Shown one piece after another: positions 36,597 through 49,085 of a stretch of DNA of 64,000 bases. A program made the translations under genes and the position numbers. Source of the DNA: Macrostomum hystrix (taxonomy: Eukaryota; Animalia; Platyhelminthes); contig CATNEN010000015.1 of assembly GCA_950097015.1 (NCBI GenBank), positions 1,612,001-1,676,000 on the forward strand. The letters are read 5' to 3'. Every line of letters begins with the position of its first letter. The stretch's first letter is position 1. Under the pieces are notes generated by a model. It was not told where the DNA came from, did not search any database, and saw only the letters and a list, made by a program, of their open reading frames with translations.

Positions 36597-39500
36597 ACAC
36601 ACACACACACACGCCGAAACAAAAATGCGAATAGGCAAGCTGAGTAGATGTGCAATTCTTTGAGTAGATTGTTGCCAAATTTATGAAATTGCTGCATATT
36701 TGCCTTATAAGCTTGCCTTATCTAGCACTTCTCTATCTCACACTTCTCAGTCTCACAGTTCTCAGACTTACAGTTCTCAGACTCACTGTTCTAAGACTCA
36801 CAGTTCTCAGTCTCACAGTTCGCAGTCTCACAGTTCGCAGCCTCACAGTTCTCAGACTCACAGTTCTCAGTCTCACAATTCGCAGTCTCACAGTTCTCAG
36901 TCTCACAGTTCTCAGTCTCACAGTTCTCAGACTCACAGTTCTCAGACTCACAGTTCGCAGTCTCACAGTTCGCAGCCTCACAGTTCTCAGTCTCACAATT
37001 CGCAGTCTCACAGTTCTCAGTCTCACAGTTCTCAGTCTCACAGTTCTCAGACTCACAGTTCTCAGACTCACAGTTCGCAGTCTCACAGTTCGCAGCCTCA
37101 CAGTTCTCAGACTCACAGTTCTCAGTCTCACAATTCGCAGTCTCACAGTTCTCAGTCTCACAGTTCTCAGTCTCACAGTTCTCAGACTCACAGTTCTCAG
37201 ACTCACAGTTCTCAGTCTCACAGTTCGCAGTCTCACAGTTCTCAGTCTCACACTTCTCAGTCTCACAGTTCTCAGTCTCACAGATCTCAGTCTCACAGTT
37301 CTCAGTCTCACAGTTCTCAGTCTCACAGTTCTCAGTCTCACAGTTCTCAGTCTCACAGTTCTCAGTCTCACAGTTCTCAGTCTCACAGTTCTCAGTCTCA
37401 CAGATCTCAGTCTCACAGTTCTCAGTCTCACAGATCTCAGTCTCACAGATCTCAGTCTCACAGTTCTCAGTCTCACAGTTCTCAGTCTCACAGATCTCAG
37501 TCTCACAGTTCTCAGTCTCACAGTTCTCAGTCTCACAGTTCTCAGTCTCACAGTTCTCAGTCTCACAGTTCTCAGTCTCACAGATCTCAGTCTCACAGAT
37601 CTCAGTCTCACAGATCTCAGTCTCACAGATCTCAGTCTCACAGATCTCAGTCTCACAGATCTCAGTCTCACAGATCTCAGTCTCACAGATCTCAGTCTCA
37701 CAGATCTCAGTCTCACAGTTCTCAGTCTCACAGTTCTCAGTCTCACAGTTCTCAGTCTCACAGTTCTCAGTCTCACAGTTCTCAAGTTTATTATTTTCGG
37801 AATCAAATTTTTAGACTGGGCATCTGTGCAAGTACAACTCTGGTCATAAATTAACCGATAAAAGTGATCTATAAGATGTCGCAAAGCCATGAGTTCCCCC
37901 ACAACGCACAGGAACTCACAGGGTCATTGCTGGCAAACTGATCCAGATTATAGTGACCTCTGCTGCTGCTGCTAAGGACCTTAAAGAATCTCTTAGAAGA
38001 TTTCTGACTCTGTACCTCAGTTTGCTCACATTCCATCGCGATTCCTCTGAGCAATAATCTAAATCAAAAGGCTTCTCAAGCTCTGGAACATATTTTTTGC
38101 TTTCATTTTAAATATACGGTCCAACAGTACAGGGCTCGCTCTAACCCGACTCTTGTTGGCCAATAGTATTAGCTAAGAGAAACAGACTCAGAATGTACTT
38201 TTAGCTGCTCGTGCCTGCTCAGAAAGAAAACTAAACAAAATCATTTAAAATTCTCTTTCTTTTCTTCAATACGGATCTCTTGATTCAAAATTTTCTTACC
38301 GCTCCCAGGCTAACCGAGAATATTCTTTTGGGTGAGAGCGAAGGCACGACTAGCTGAGAAACAGAAAATTAGTAGCTCAGGTTGAGACTAGAAATATTGC
38401 CTTACGAGTAGATAAGATTGTTCTCATAGTTTGTGAGCTAAGAAAATTTAATAAACAAGCAATTCAAATTATATACTGTGCTTCATACTCGTATATTCTT
38501 CTCTACGGATCATAAATCCCGTTTTCAGTCATTAAACCAACCGCTCATAAATCTAATTTCAGTCATTCAATCAACAGCCGCTCATTAATCTAATTTCAGT
38601 CATTCACTTAACAGCCGCTCATAAATCTAATTTCAGTCATTCACTCAACAGCCGCTCACAAATCTAATTTCAGTCATTCACTCAACAGCCGCTCATAAAT
38701 CTAATTTCAGTCATTCACTCAACAGCCGCTTATAAATCTAATTTCAGTCATTCAATCAACAGCCGCTCATAAATCTAATTTCAGTCATTCAATCAACAGC
38801 CGCTCATAAATCTAATTTCAGTCATTCAATCAACAGCCGCTCATAAATCTAATTTCAGTCATTCAATCAACAGCCGCTCATTAATCTAATTTCAGTCATT
38901 CACTTAACAGCCGCTCATAAATCTAATTTCAGTCATTCACTCAACAGCCGCTCACAAATCTAATTTCAGTCATTCACTCAACAGCCGCTCATAAATCTAA
39001 TTTCAGTCATTCAATCAACAGCCGCTCATAAATCTAATTTCAGTCATTCAATCAACAGCCGCTCATAAATCTAATTTCAGTCATTCAATCAACAGCCGCT
39101 CATAAATCTAATTTCAGTCATTCACTCAACAGCCGCTCATAAATCTAATTTCAGTCATTCACCCAACAGCCGCTCATAAATCTAATTTCAGTCATTCAAT
39201 CAACAGCCGCTCATAAATCTAATTTCAGTCATTCACTCAACAGCCGCTCATAAATCTAATTTCAGTCATTCAATCAACAACCGCTCATAAATCTAATTTC
39301 AGTCATTCACTCAACAGCCGCTCATAAATCTAATTTCAGTCATTCACCCAACAGCCGCTCATAAATCTAATTTCAGTCATTCACTCAACAGCCGCTCACA
39401 AATCTAATTTCAGTCATTCACTCAACAGCCGCTCATAAATCTAATTTCAGTCATTCACTCAACAGCCGCTCATAAATCTAATTTCAGTCATTCACTCAAC

Positions 39501-42500
39501 AGCCGCTCATAAATCTAATTTCAGTCATTCACTCAACAGCCGCTCATAAATCTAATTTCAGTCATTCAATCAACAGCCGCTCATAAATCTAATTTCAGTC
39601 ATTCAATCAACAGCCGCTCATAAATCTAATTTCAGTCATTCACTCAACAGCCGCTCATAAATATAATTTCAGTCATTCACCCAACAGCCGCTTATAAATC
39701 TAATTTCAGTCATTCAATCAACAGCCGCTCATAAATCTAATTTCAGTCATTCAATCAACAGCCGCTCATAAATCTAATTTCAGTCATTCAATCAACAGCC
39801 GCTCATAAATCTAATTTCAGTCATTCAATCAACAGCCGCTCATAAATCTAATTTCAGTCATTCACTCAACAACCGCTCATAAATCTAATTTCAGTCATTC
39901 ACTCAACAGCCGCTCATAAATCTAATTTCAGTCATTCACCCAACAGCCGCTCATAAATCTAATTTCAGTCATTCAATCAACAGCCGCTCATAAGAAGTGG
40001 AAGTGGATAAAGTGAAAAATGTCAAGCCCCATACAAAAATGATAACGACATCCAAAATTTAGTTTAACCATTGTAGTTTAACAAGCATTCTGGGTCGTTT
40101 GAGAGCGGGCTCGATACAGAGTCGTTTGAAATTGTTAAAAGCACTTTCAGAAACTAATTTGACTACTTAAAGTAGATAACAAACATAAGATGACAGCCTA
40201 GATTTGATCTGAGCAGGCTGGTCAGGGCAGGCCTTACCCTGTCAAAGCTGCTTCGGTGGAGCAGGCTTGAGCCGCTGGTTCTACAACTGCAGCAGCCGCT
40301 GTCGGCGCCGCCAGCGTTCGACAACGTCGAGGAGTCGGCGGAGGTGGCGGCGCCGAACTCGAGCGTGAACCGGTGCTGCGAGACGGCGAACTCGAACAGA
40401 GCCCTAGCCGCAGCCGGGGAGTCGGCGCGCCAGAAAATCGACGTTGCGGACGTCGATGAGGCGGACGACGAATTGCCAGCAGCCGCTCGACCAGCTGACA
40501 GTCTGAGATGGCAGTTGAATGATTTTCAATCAGCTGCTGGCAACAGTAGGACTACCAAGCCATTCCACCTCCAGTTTTTATACCAATCCGCTGACAGTTA
40601 TTTTTGCCGCACCCGAAGGGAGCAACGCAAGCATACGAAGCTAAAGAACACGGGCCAACTTTTTGTTGCGCATCTTCTAAAACAAGAATCAAGTCGCCAG
40701 CCCTTCATACCGTCGAGATATTCAATGGTTCTGGCCGAAGGTCAGATTTTTCACATAAGAGCTAGTGTATTTCATACCCCCATACACAAACTCACACTGC
40801 GCCTCAGTGCGGCCTTGCCAGGCCTTCCAAACTTCATCAGCACGGCACCCGCATATGCCTACATCATCTACGACTTCGGTGGTCACCTAAATTTATCTAG
40901 ACGGAGCTGCTGGACCTTCAACAAGTGGCACCAGCCGAATATGGACACCCTGATGCAAATTTCTCCCATTTCGCTGATCAAGCCTTTATTTGGGGCAATT
41001 TTAACGCGTTTTCTTGAGTTTCGTGTGCTTGCGATGCTCCGTTCGGGTGCGGCACAAATAACTGTCATGGGGAAATTTATCCCCTTGGTAGTTCTAATGT
41101 TAAATTAGCTCTGTGAGATTTGTAACATAAGTATAAAAACGCGATCACGTTAGATGGATATTGTTAATAAACTATAGTTTATTAACCTGTTAGACAACCA
41201 GTTAGTATTCTTATAAAGTTTTAATTACAAATAAATATGTTAAACATATTTTCTAAATGTTATACAAATATCTTACCAGTAAAATTCCAATTCTTTTCCG
41301 TTCGAAACCTAATGAATAACAATGTTCAAAATTACTTATTTACTATATTTTAATACGTTTTAGTGGACTAAATTTACATGTTACAGTTATGTAATATAAT
41401 AGCCTAACAGTAGCGTCGAAAATTCCTTCAGTTAAATCACGTATTTTAGTAGATTGTTAGTGCCAAAATCACATCCAGTGCAATATAGTACATTGGCAAC
41501 TTTTGTACTCTCCAGATAAAAACAATGGCGGCGTTAGGGTGAAGCTTGGGATTATGGGATCAGTTTGGGATGATGGGATCAGTTTGGGATGATGGGATCA
41601 GTTTGGGATAATGAGATCAGTTTGGGATGATGGGATCAGTTTGGGATGATGGGATCAGTTTGGGATAATGGGATCAGTTTGGGATAATGGGATCAGTTTG
41701 GGGTAATGGGATCAGTTTGGTATGATGGGATCAGTTTGGGGTGATGGGATCAGTTTGGGATGATGGGATCAGTTTGGGATGATGGGATCAGTTAGGGATA
41801 ATGGGATCAGTTTGGGATGATGGGATCAGTTTGGGATAATGGGATTAGTTTGGGATAATGGGATCAGTTTGGGATGATGGGATCAGTTTGGGATGATGGG
41901 ATCAGTTTGGGATGATGGGATCAGTTTGGGATGATGGGATCAGTTTGGGATGATGGGATCAGTTAGGGATAATGGGATCAGTTTGGGATGATGGGATCAG
42001 TTTGGGGTAATGGGATCAGTTTGGTATGATGGGATCAGTTTGGGATGATGGGATCAGTTTGGGATGATGGGATCAGTTTGGGATGATGGGATGAGTTAGG
42101 GATGATGGGATCAGTTAGGGATGATGGGATCAGTTTGGGATGATGGGATCAGTTTGGGATGATGGGATCAGTTTGGGATGATGGGATCAGTTTGGGATGA
42201 TGGGATCAGTTTGGGATGATGGGATCAGTTTGGGATGATGGGATCAGTTTGGGATGATGGGATCAGTTTGGGATGATGGGATCAGTTTGGGATGATGGGA
42301 TCAGTTTGGGATGATGGGATCAGTTTGGGATGATGGGATCAGTTTGGGATGATGGGATCAGTTTGGGATGATGGGATGAGTTTGGGATAATGGGATCAGT
42401 TTGGGATGATGGGATCAGTTTGGGATGATGGGATCAGTTTGGGATGACGGGATCAGTTTGGGATGATGGGATCAGTTTGGAATAATGGGATCAGTGGATG

Positions 42501-45500
42501 TTTTCTATAATCAAGCAAATTTTCTGAGCGTGCAAAATTTAGCACTAATCAGTCACGGTCACAACTCTGCAGTGACAATAACAAGCAGCAGACAATCATT
42601 ACATAACTATATCAATGTCAGTATATAGGCATGCGTGCGAAAATTTCTGGAACACGAGAACTTCAATATACGTGCAATATACGGCCACGCGCTATCGTTT
42701 GATTCGTTTACACGGTGGTGGGGTCGCTCAGAGCGTCCAGAAGTTCTTTGTCGGCGTCATCGAGGAGGCTGAGGACAATGATCGAAGGTTTCAGGACGAG
42801 AATAGAAAATTTCAGACTGAATTTTATACACATTATCTGCAGTTGCAAGATAGTCAGTTGATAGTCAGCTGATAGTCAGCTAAAAAGACTATAAAACCAA
42901 ACAAGCACAGTCCACCAACCTCTGCTCATTGGTCAGCACAGTCCACCAACCTCTGCTCATTGGTCAGCACAGTCCACCAACCTCTGCTCATTGGTCAGCA
43001 CAGTCCACCAACCTCTGCTCATTGGTCAGCACAGTCCACCAACCTCTGCTCATTGGTCAGCACAGTCCACCAACCTCTGCTCATTGGTCAGCACAGTCCA
43101 CCAACCTCTGCTCATTGGTCAGCACAGTCCACCAACCTCTGCTCATTGGTCAGCACAGTCCACCAACCTCTGCTCATTGGTCAGCACAGTCCACCAACCT
43201 CTGCTCATTGGTCAGCACAGTCCACCAACCTCTGCTCATTGGTCAGCACAGTCCACCAACCTCTGCTCATTGGTCAGCACAGTCCACCAACCTCTGCTCA
43301 TTGGTCAGCACAGTCCACCAACCTCTGCTCATTGGTCAGCACAGTCCACCAACCTCTGCTCATTGGTCAGCACAGTCCACCAACCTCTGCTCATTGGTCA
43401 GCACAGTCCACCAACCTCTGCTCATTGGGCAGCACCAGGTCCACTAACCTCTGCTCATTGGGCAGCACAGTCCACTAACCTCTGCTCATTGGGCAGCACA
43501 GTCCACTAACCTCTGCTCATTGGTCAGCACAGTCCACCAACCTCTGCTCATTGGTCAGCACAGTCCACTAACCTCTGCTCATTGGGCAGCACCAGGTCCA
43601 CCACAAAGCGGCGGTCCTTGCAGTAAAGATTCTCCACGGACTGCCACGGGAAGAGCAGCTGGCAGGTCGTCAAGCAGCCGTCGCGATCCGGACCGTCCTG
43701 ATGAACGCCGATGCCGCGATCGCTGAGGCACAGGGTCTGGCGACACGAATCCGCCAAGCTGCCCGCCGCGGCGGACACGCTGAAGGTGCTGCAGCCGTAC
43801 TGGGGGAGTCGAGCCGAGGCGAGGTCCAAGAAGGCGCAGCTCGCGGCCGCCTGAGGGACGCCGAGCAGCTGCTGATAGCCCGACAGTGCGCGCAACTCGC
43901 TGTAAAGTAACGAAAAAAGTAACGCTAGTTTTGGCGGTTGAAATGAACAAGAGACTATATTTTAATTCTTTAAAAAGCTACAAAGAAGATCACAATGAAA
44001 CTCACAGGCAGCTGGGCGTTGCTGAAGTTTCAGTTTCCGAAATGCCTGTAGAGACGGGCAGTAGACCCAGCTGGCGCAGGTGATTGACAGCCTGAGCAGC
44101 TCTGTTCAGATAAGTCATCAACAGTTAGAGAGGATGTAAAACTAACCCTTGACATGTCAGAGGAAATTAATAATATAATATATGCCACACAACAGCAAGA
44201 ATTGCTTCAATTTAACAAGCAATTTGCCACATTATTACTTTTTGGCTAGAAGAAATTATAATGACAGCATGTACTGCAAATACACACACACACAATGGAA
44301 CCAGACACACACAATGGAACCAGACACACACAATGGAACCAGACACACACAATGGAACCAGACACACACAATGGAACCAGACACACAAAATGGAACCAGA
44401 CACACACAATGGAACCAGACACACAATGGAACCAGACACATACAATGGAACCAGACACACAATGGAACCAGACACACACAATGGAACCAGACACACACAA
44501 TGGAACCGGACACACACAATGGAACCAGACACACACAATGGAACCAGACACACACAGTGGAACCAGACACACAAAATGGAACCAGACTCACACAATGGAA
44601 CCAGACTCACACAATGGAACCAGACACACAATGGAACCAGACACACACAATGGAACCAGACACACACAATGGAACCGGACACACACAATGGAACCAGACA
44701 CACACAATGGAACCAGACACACACAATGGAACCAGACACACACAATGGAACCAGACACACACAATGGAACCAGACACACACAATGGAACCAGACACACAA
44801 AATGGAACCAGACTCACACAATGGAACCAGACTCACACAATGGAACCAGACACACAATGGAACCAGACACACACAATGGAACCAGACACACAAACAATGG
44901 AACCAGACACACACAATGGAACCAGACACACACAATGGAACCAGACTCACACAATGGAACCAGACACACACAATGGAACCAGACACACACAATGGAACCA
45001 GACACACACAATGGAACCAGACTCACACAATGGAACCAGACTCACACAATGGAACCAGACACACACAATGGAACCAGACACACACAATGGAACCAGACAC
45101 ACAAAATGGAACCAGACACACACAATGGAACCAGACACACAATGGAACCAGACACACACAATGGAACCAGACACACACAATGGAACCAGACTCACACAAT
45201 GGAACCAGACACACACAATGGAACCAGACACACACAATGGAACCAGACTCACACAATGGAACCAGACTCACACAATGGAACCAGACACACACAATGGAAC
45301 CAGACACACACAATGGAACCAGACACACAAAATGGAACCAGACACAAAATGGTACCAGACACACACAATGGAACCAGACTCACACAATGGAACCAGACAC
45401 ACACAATGGAACCAGACACACACAATGGAACCAGACACACACAATGGAACCAGACTCACACAATGGAACCAGACTCACACAATGGAACCAGACACACACA

Positions 45501-48362
45501 ATGGAACCAGACACACACAATGGAACCAGACACACAAAATGGAACCAGACACACACAATGGAACCAGACTCACACAATGGAACCAGACACACACAATGGA
45601 ACCAGACACACACAATGTAACCAGACTCACACAATGGAACCAGACACACACAATGGAACCAGACACATACAATGGAACCAGACACAAAATGGTACCAGAC
45701 ACACACAATGGAACCAGACACAAAATGGTACCAGACACATACAATGGAACCAGACTCACACAATGGAACCAGACACACAATGGAACCAGACACACAATGG
45801 AACCAGACACATACAATGGAACCAGACACACAATGGAACCAGACACACACAATGGAACCAGACACACACAATGGAACCAGACACACACAATGGAACCAGA
45901 CACACACAATGGAACCAGACACACACAATGGAACCAGACACACACAATGGAACCAGACACACACAATGGAACCAGACACACAAAATGTAACCAGACTCAC
46001 ACAATGGAACCAGACACACACAATGGAACCAGACACATACAATGGAACCAGACACAAAATGGTACCAGACACACACAATGGAACCAGACACAAAATGGTA
46101 CCAGACACACACAATGGAACCAGACACAAAATGGTACCAGACACATACAATGGAACCAGACACACACAATGGAACCAGACACAAAATGGTACCAGACACA
46201 TACAATGGAACCAGACACAAAATGGTACCAGACACACACAATGGAACCAGACACAAAATGGAACCAGACTCACACAATGGAACCAGACACACACAATGGA
46301 ACCAGACACATACAATGGAACCAGACACATGCAATGGAACCAGACACACGTACAATGGAACCAGACACACACAATGGAACCAGACACATACAATGGAACC
46401 AGACACATGCAATGGAACCAGACACACGTACAATGGAACCAGACACACACAATGGAACCAGACACACACAATGGAACCAGACACACAAAATGGAACCAGA
46501 CTCACACAATGGTACCAGACACACACAATGGAACCAGACACACACAATGGAACCAGACTCACACAATGGAACCAGACACACACAATGGAACCAGACTCAC
46601 ACAATGGAACCAGACACACACAATGGAACCAGACACATACAATGGAACCAGACACACACAATGGAACCAGACACACACAATGGAACCAGACACACACAAT
46701 GGAACCAGACTCACACAATGGAACCAGACACACACAATGGAACCAGACACACACAATGGAACCAGACTCACACAATGGAACCAGACACACACAATGGAAC
46801 CAGACTCACACAATGGAACCAGACACACACAATGGAACCAGACACACACAATGGAACCAGACACACAAAATGGAACCAGACACACACAATGGAACCAGAC
46901 TCACACAATGGAACCAGACACACACAATGGAACCAGACTCACACAATGGAACCAGACACACACAATGGAACCAGACACACACAATGGAACCAGACACACA
47001 CAATGGAACCAGACACACACAATGGAACCAGACTCACACAATGGAACCAGACACACACAATGGAACCAGACACACACAATGGAACCAGACTCACACAATG
47101 GAACCAGACTCACACAATGGAACCAGACACATACAATGGAACCAGACACACAAACAATGGAACCAGACACACACAATGGAACCAGACACACACAATGGAA
47201 CCAGACACACACAATGTAACCAGACTCACACAATGGAACCAGACACACACAATGGAACCAGACACATACAATTGAACCAGACACAAAATGGTACCAGACA
47301 CACACAATGGAACCAGACACATACAATGGAACCAGACACATACAATGGAACCAGACACAAAATGGTACCAGACACACACAATGGAACCAGACACACACAA
47401 TGGAACCAGACACATACAATGGAACCAGACACAAAATGGTACCAGACACACACAATGGAACCAGACACAAAATGGTACCAGACACACACAATGGAACCAG
47501 ACACACACAATGGAACCAGACACATACAATGGAACCAGACACATGCAATGGAACCAGACACAAACAGTGGAACCAGACACACAAAATGGAACCAGACTCA
47601 CACAATGGAACCAGACACATACAATGGAACCAGACACACAAACAATGGAACCAGACACACACAATGGAACCAGACACACACAATGGAACCAGACACACAC
47701 AATGTAACCAGACTCACACAATGGAACCAGACACACACAATGGAACCAGACACATACAATGGAACCAGACACAAAATGGTACCAGACACACACAATGGAA
47801 CCAGACACATACAATGGAACCAGACACAAAATGGTACCAGACACACACAATGGAACCAGACACAAAATGGTACCAGACACATACAATGGAACCAGACACA
47901 CACAATGGAACCAGACACATACAATGGAACCAGACACATGCAATGGAACCAGACACACGTACAATGGAACCAGACACACACAATGGAACCAGACACACAC
48001 AATGGAACCAGACACACAAAATGGAACCAGACTCACACAATGGAACCAGACTCACACAATGGAACCAGACACACACAATGGAACCAGACACATACAATGG
48101 AACCAGACACAAAATGGTACCAGACACACACAATGGAACCAGACACATCCAATGGAACCAGACACAAAATTGTACCAGACACACACAATGGAACCAGACA
48201 CATGCAATGGAACCAGACACACACAATGGAACCAGACACAGGTACTCAAACCCACCCCACAGTCTCCAAGTCGCCCAGTTCAGCCTGCAGGGCTATAGCG
48301 GCAAGTGCAGCTGCATCGTTTGCTGCCTCTCTTTGACACTGATCGCAGCGCCTGTTGAAGTC

Positions 48363-48408
<46 letters not shown>

Positions 48409-48695
48409 CGCTGCCGCCGCCGCTGCAGGCACTCCAGCATGAGCTGACGTCGCCAAGCAGAGTCGTCACTGTCGCGGTGTCTGCCAGCCGGCGGCAAGTG
48501 CTTCACTCGCAGCGCCAGAGAGCAGCTGCGTCGAACCTCCTCGTTGTCCAGGACGCGCGCGCCGGCCGCCGGAGACAGCCATGCTGTCGGATCGTCCGGC
48601 GCCGCGTCGGCCAGGCGAAGGGCGAGGCCGCGTCGGTCGCGGAGGCCCAGACGAGAGACGGCAAGGTCGAGCAGCTCGGAGACCTGCAGCTTTGG
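30269..48695 (-). CDS. FRMD4: FRMD4A/B-like FERM + CUPID-type coiled-coil protein. Exons: 48695-48256, 44101-44006, 43899-43573, 40502-40238, (tentative ~38010-37920), 36256-35881, 35378-34963, 34800-34639, 34044-33898, 33809-33648, 33329-33160, 32980-32597, 30635-30269; first exon not found
   Basis: FERM F1 PKLQVSELLDLAVSRLGLRD; F2 ALAAIALQAELGD; F3 ARLPQYG...LFPWQSVENLYCKDRRFVVDL and ARALFEFAVSQHRFTLE, matching recalled FRMD4A motifs PKLLAKELLDL, LPTYG, IFQWRQLENLYFREKKFSVEV and WAMAISQHQFYLD. Coiled coil LQLEASVQKAKVEANTRLL...KKRR...LQQLNRRI resembles the CUPID domain. Listed junctions are GT-AG and phase-consistent. Confidence 0.82.
30725..31140. repeat. 45/46-bp minisatellite (TCTAGGCGGACAGTGTTCTATTTTTAGCATCAGAAGGGTGTTCAA), ~9 copies
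   Basis: Tandem units in the last FRMD4-like intron. Confidence 0.9.
32218..32437. repeat. 37-bp minisatellite (TACTGGATGGGATCTCAGAAATCCTAAACCCAGATTC), ~5-6 copies
   Basis: Tandem units at 37-bp spacing. Confidence 0.9.
33420..33630. repeat. Degenerate AGACACCCCT-type repeat in FRMD4-like intron
   Basis: Repeated AGACACC cores. Confidence 0.7.
34070..34625. repeat. 24-bp minisatellite (GGGTACAGTTGAAGGTCAAGTTAA) split by SINE copy E
   Basis: Related units on both sides of the SINE (34070-34133 and 34481-34625). Confidence 0.85.
34134..34480 (+). mobile_element. tRNA-derived SINE, copy E (small 3' deletion)
   Basis: TGGCAGAGCGG A box, GCTCGATTCC B box, shared body lacking the CGCTGGCTGCGGGTCTA segment. 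Confidence 0.88.
35408..35850. repeat. Two abutting arrays filling a FRMD4-like intron: 21-bp (ACCAGCTTCCATCTATTCATA, ~13 copies) and 16-bp (GTGAGTGGGGAAGATG, ~10 copies)
   Basis: Unit switch at ~35680. Confidence 0.93.
36737..37785. repeat. 15-bp minisatellite (CTCACAGTTCTCAGT), ~69 copies
   Basis: 15-bp periodicity with ordered variants; explains the SHSSQ/LTVLS/TVRLR ORFs. Confidence 0.97.
38515..39992. repeat. 37-bp minisatellite (AAATCTAATTTCAGTCATTCACTCAACAGCCGCTCAT), ~40 copies
   Basis: Regular 37-bp units. Confidence 0.97.
41548..42495. repeat. 19-bp minisatellite (GATGATGGGATCAGTTTGG), ~50 copies
   Basis: 19-bp periodicity, two GGG runs per unit. Confidence 0.97.
42903..43590. repeat. 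31-bp minisatellite (GCACAGTCCACCAACCTCTGCTCATTGGTCA), ~22 copies, overlapping the FERM F3 exon donor
   Basis: The first unit on the minus strand is the exon end plus GTTAGT donor at 43572. Confidence 0.95.
44283..48239. repeat. ~19-bp (17-21) minisatellite (CACACAATGGAACCAGACA), ~210 copies, filling ~95% of a 4.15-kb intron
   Basis: Continuous array; source of all the MEPDTHNGTRHTQWNQTHT / CVWFHCVCLVPL ORFs. Confidence 0.97.
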
Positions 48696-48714
48696 CTGCG
48701 TGGAGGAGTGGGAA

Positions 48715-49085
48715 ATGGGAGGGAGAGAATAATGGGGTGGATAATTGGGGAGAGAGTGGGGTGGATAATGGGGAGAGTGGGATGGATAATGGGGAGAGAG
48801 TGGGGTGGATAATGGGGAGACTGGGGTGGATAATGGGGAGAGTAAGGTGGATAATGGGGAGAGAGTGGGTGGATATTGGGGAGAGAGTGGGTGGATAATG
48901 GTGAGAGAGTGGTGGATAATAGGGAGAGAGTGGGTGGATAATTGGGGAGAGTGAGGTAGATAATGGGGAGAGTGAGGTGGATAATGGGGAGAGTGAGGTG
49001 GATAATCGGGAGAGTGAGGTGGATAATTGGGTAGAGAATGGGTCGATGATGGGGAGGGAATGAGGAGGATAATAGGGAGACAATT
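48715..49085. repeat. Degenerate ~21-bp G-rich repeat (GTGGATAATGGGGAGAGAGTG)
   Basis: Repeated GGATAATGGGGAGA cores next to the FERM F1 exon acceptor. Confidence 0.88.

Noticed and set aside
40520-41108. Antisense ORF-like stretch in a FRMD4-like intron (part of the 254-aa ORF 40344-41108)
   Set aside because: Its 5' part is the antisense of a real exon, and the rest has no motif I recognise; possibly a decayed element but unsupported.
1057-48336. Dozens of long repetitive ORFs (NFCVSASS, MEYWDHGILG, VFILP, SHSSQ, MEPDTHNGTRHTQWNQTHT and others)
   Set aside because: They are translations of stop-free minisatellites lying in introns of genes with phase-consistent exon chains; they are open in several frames and on both strands.
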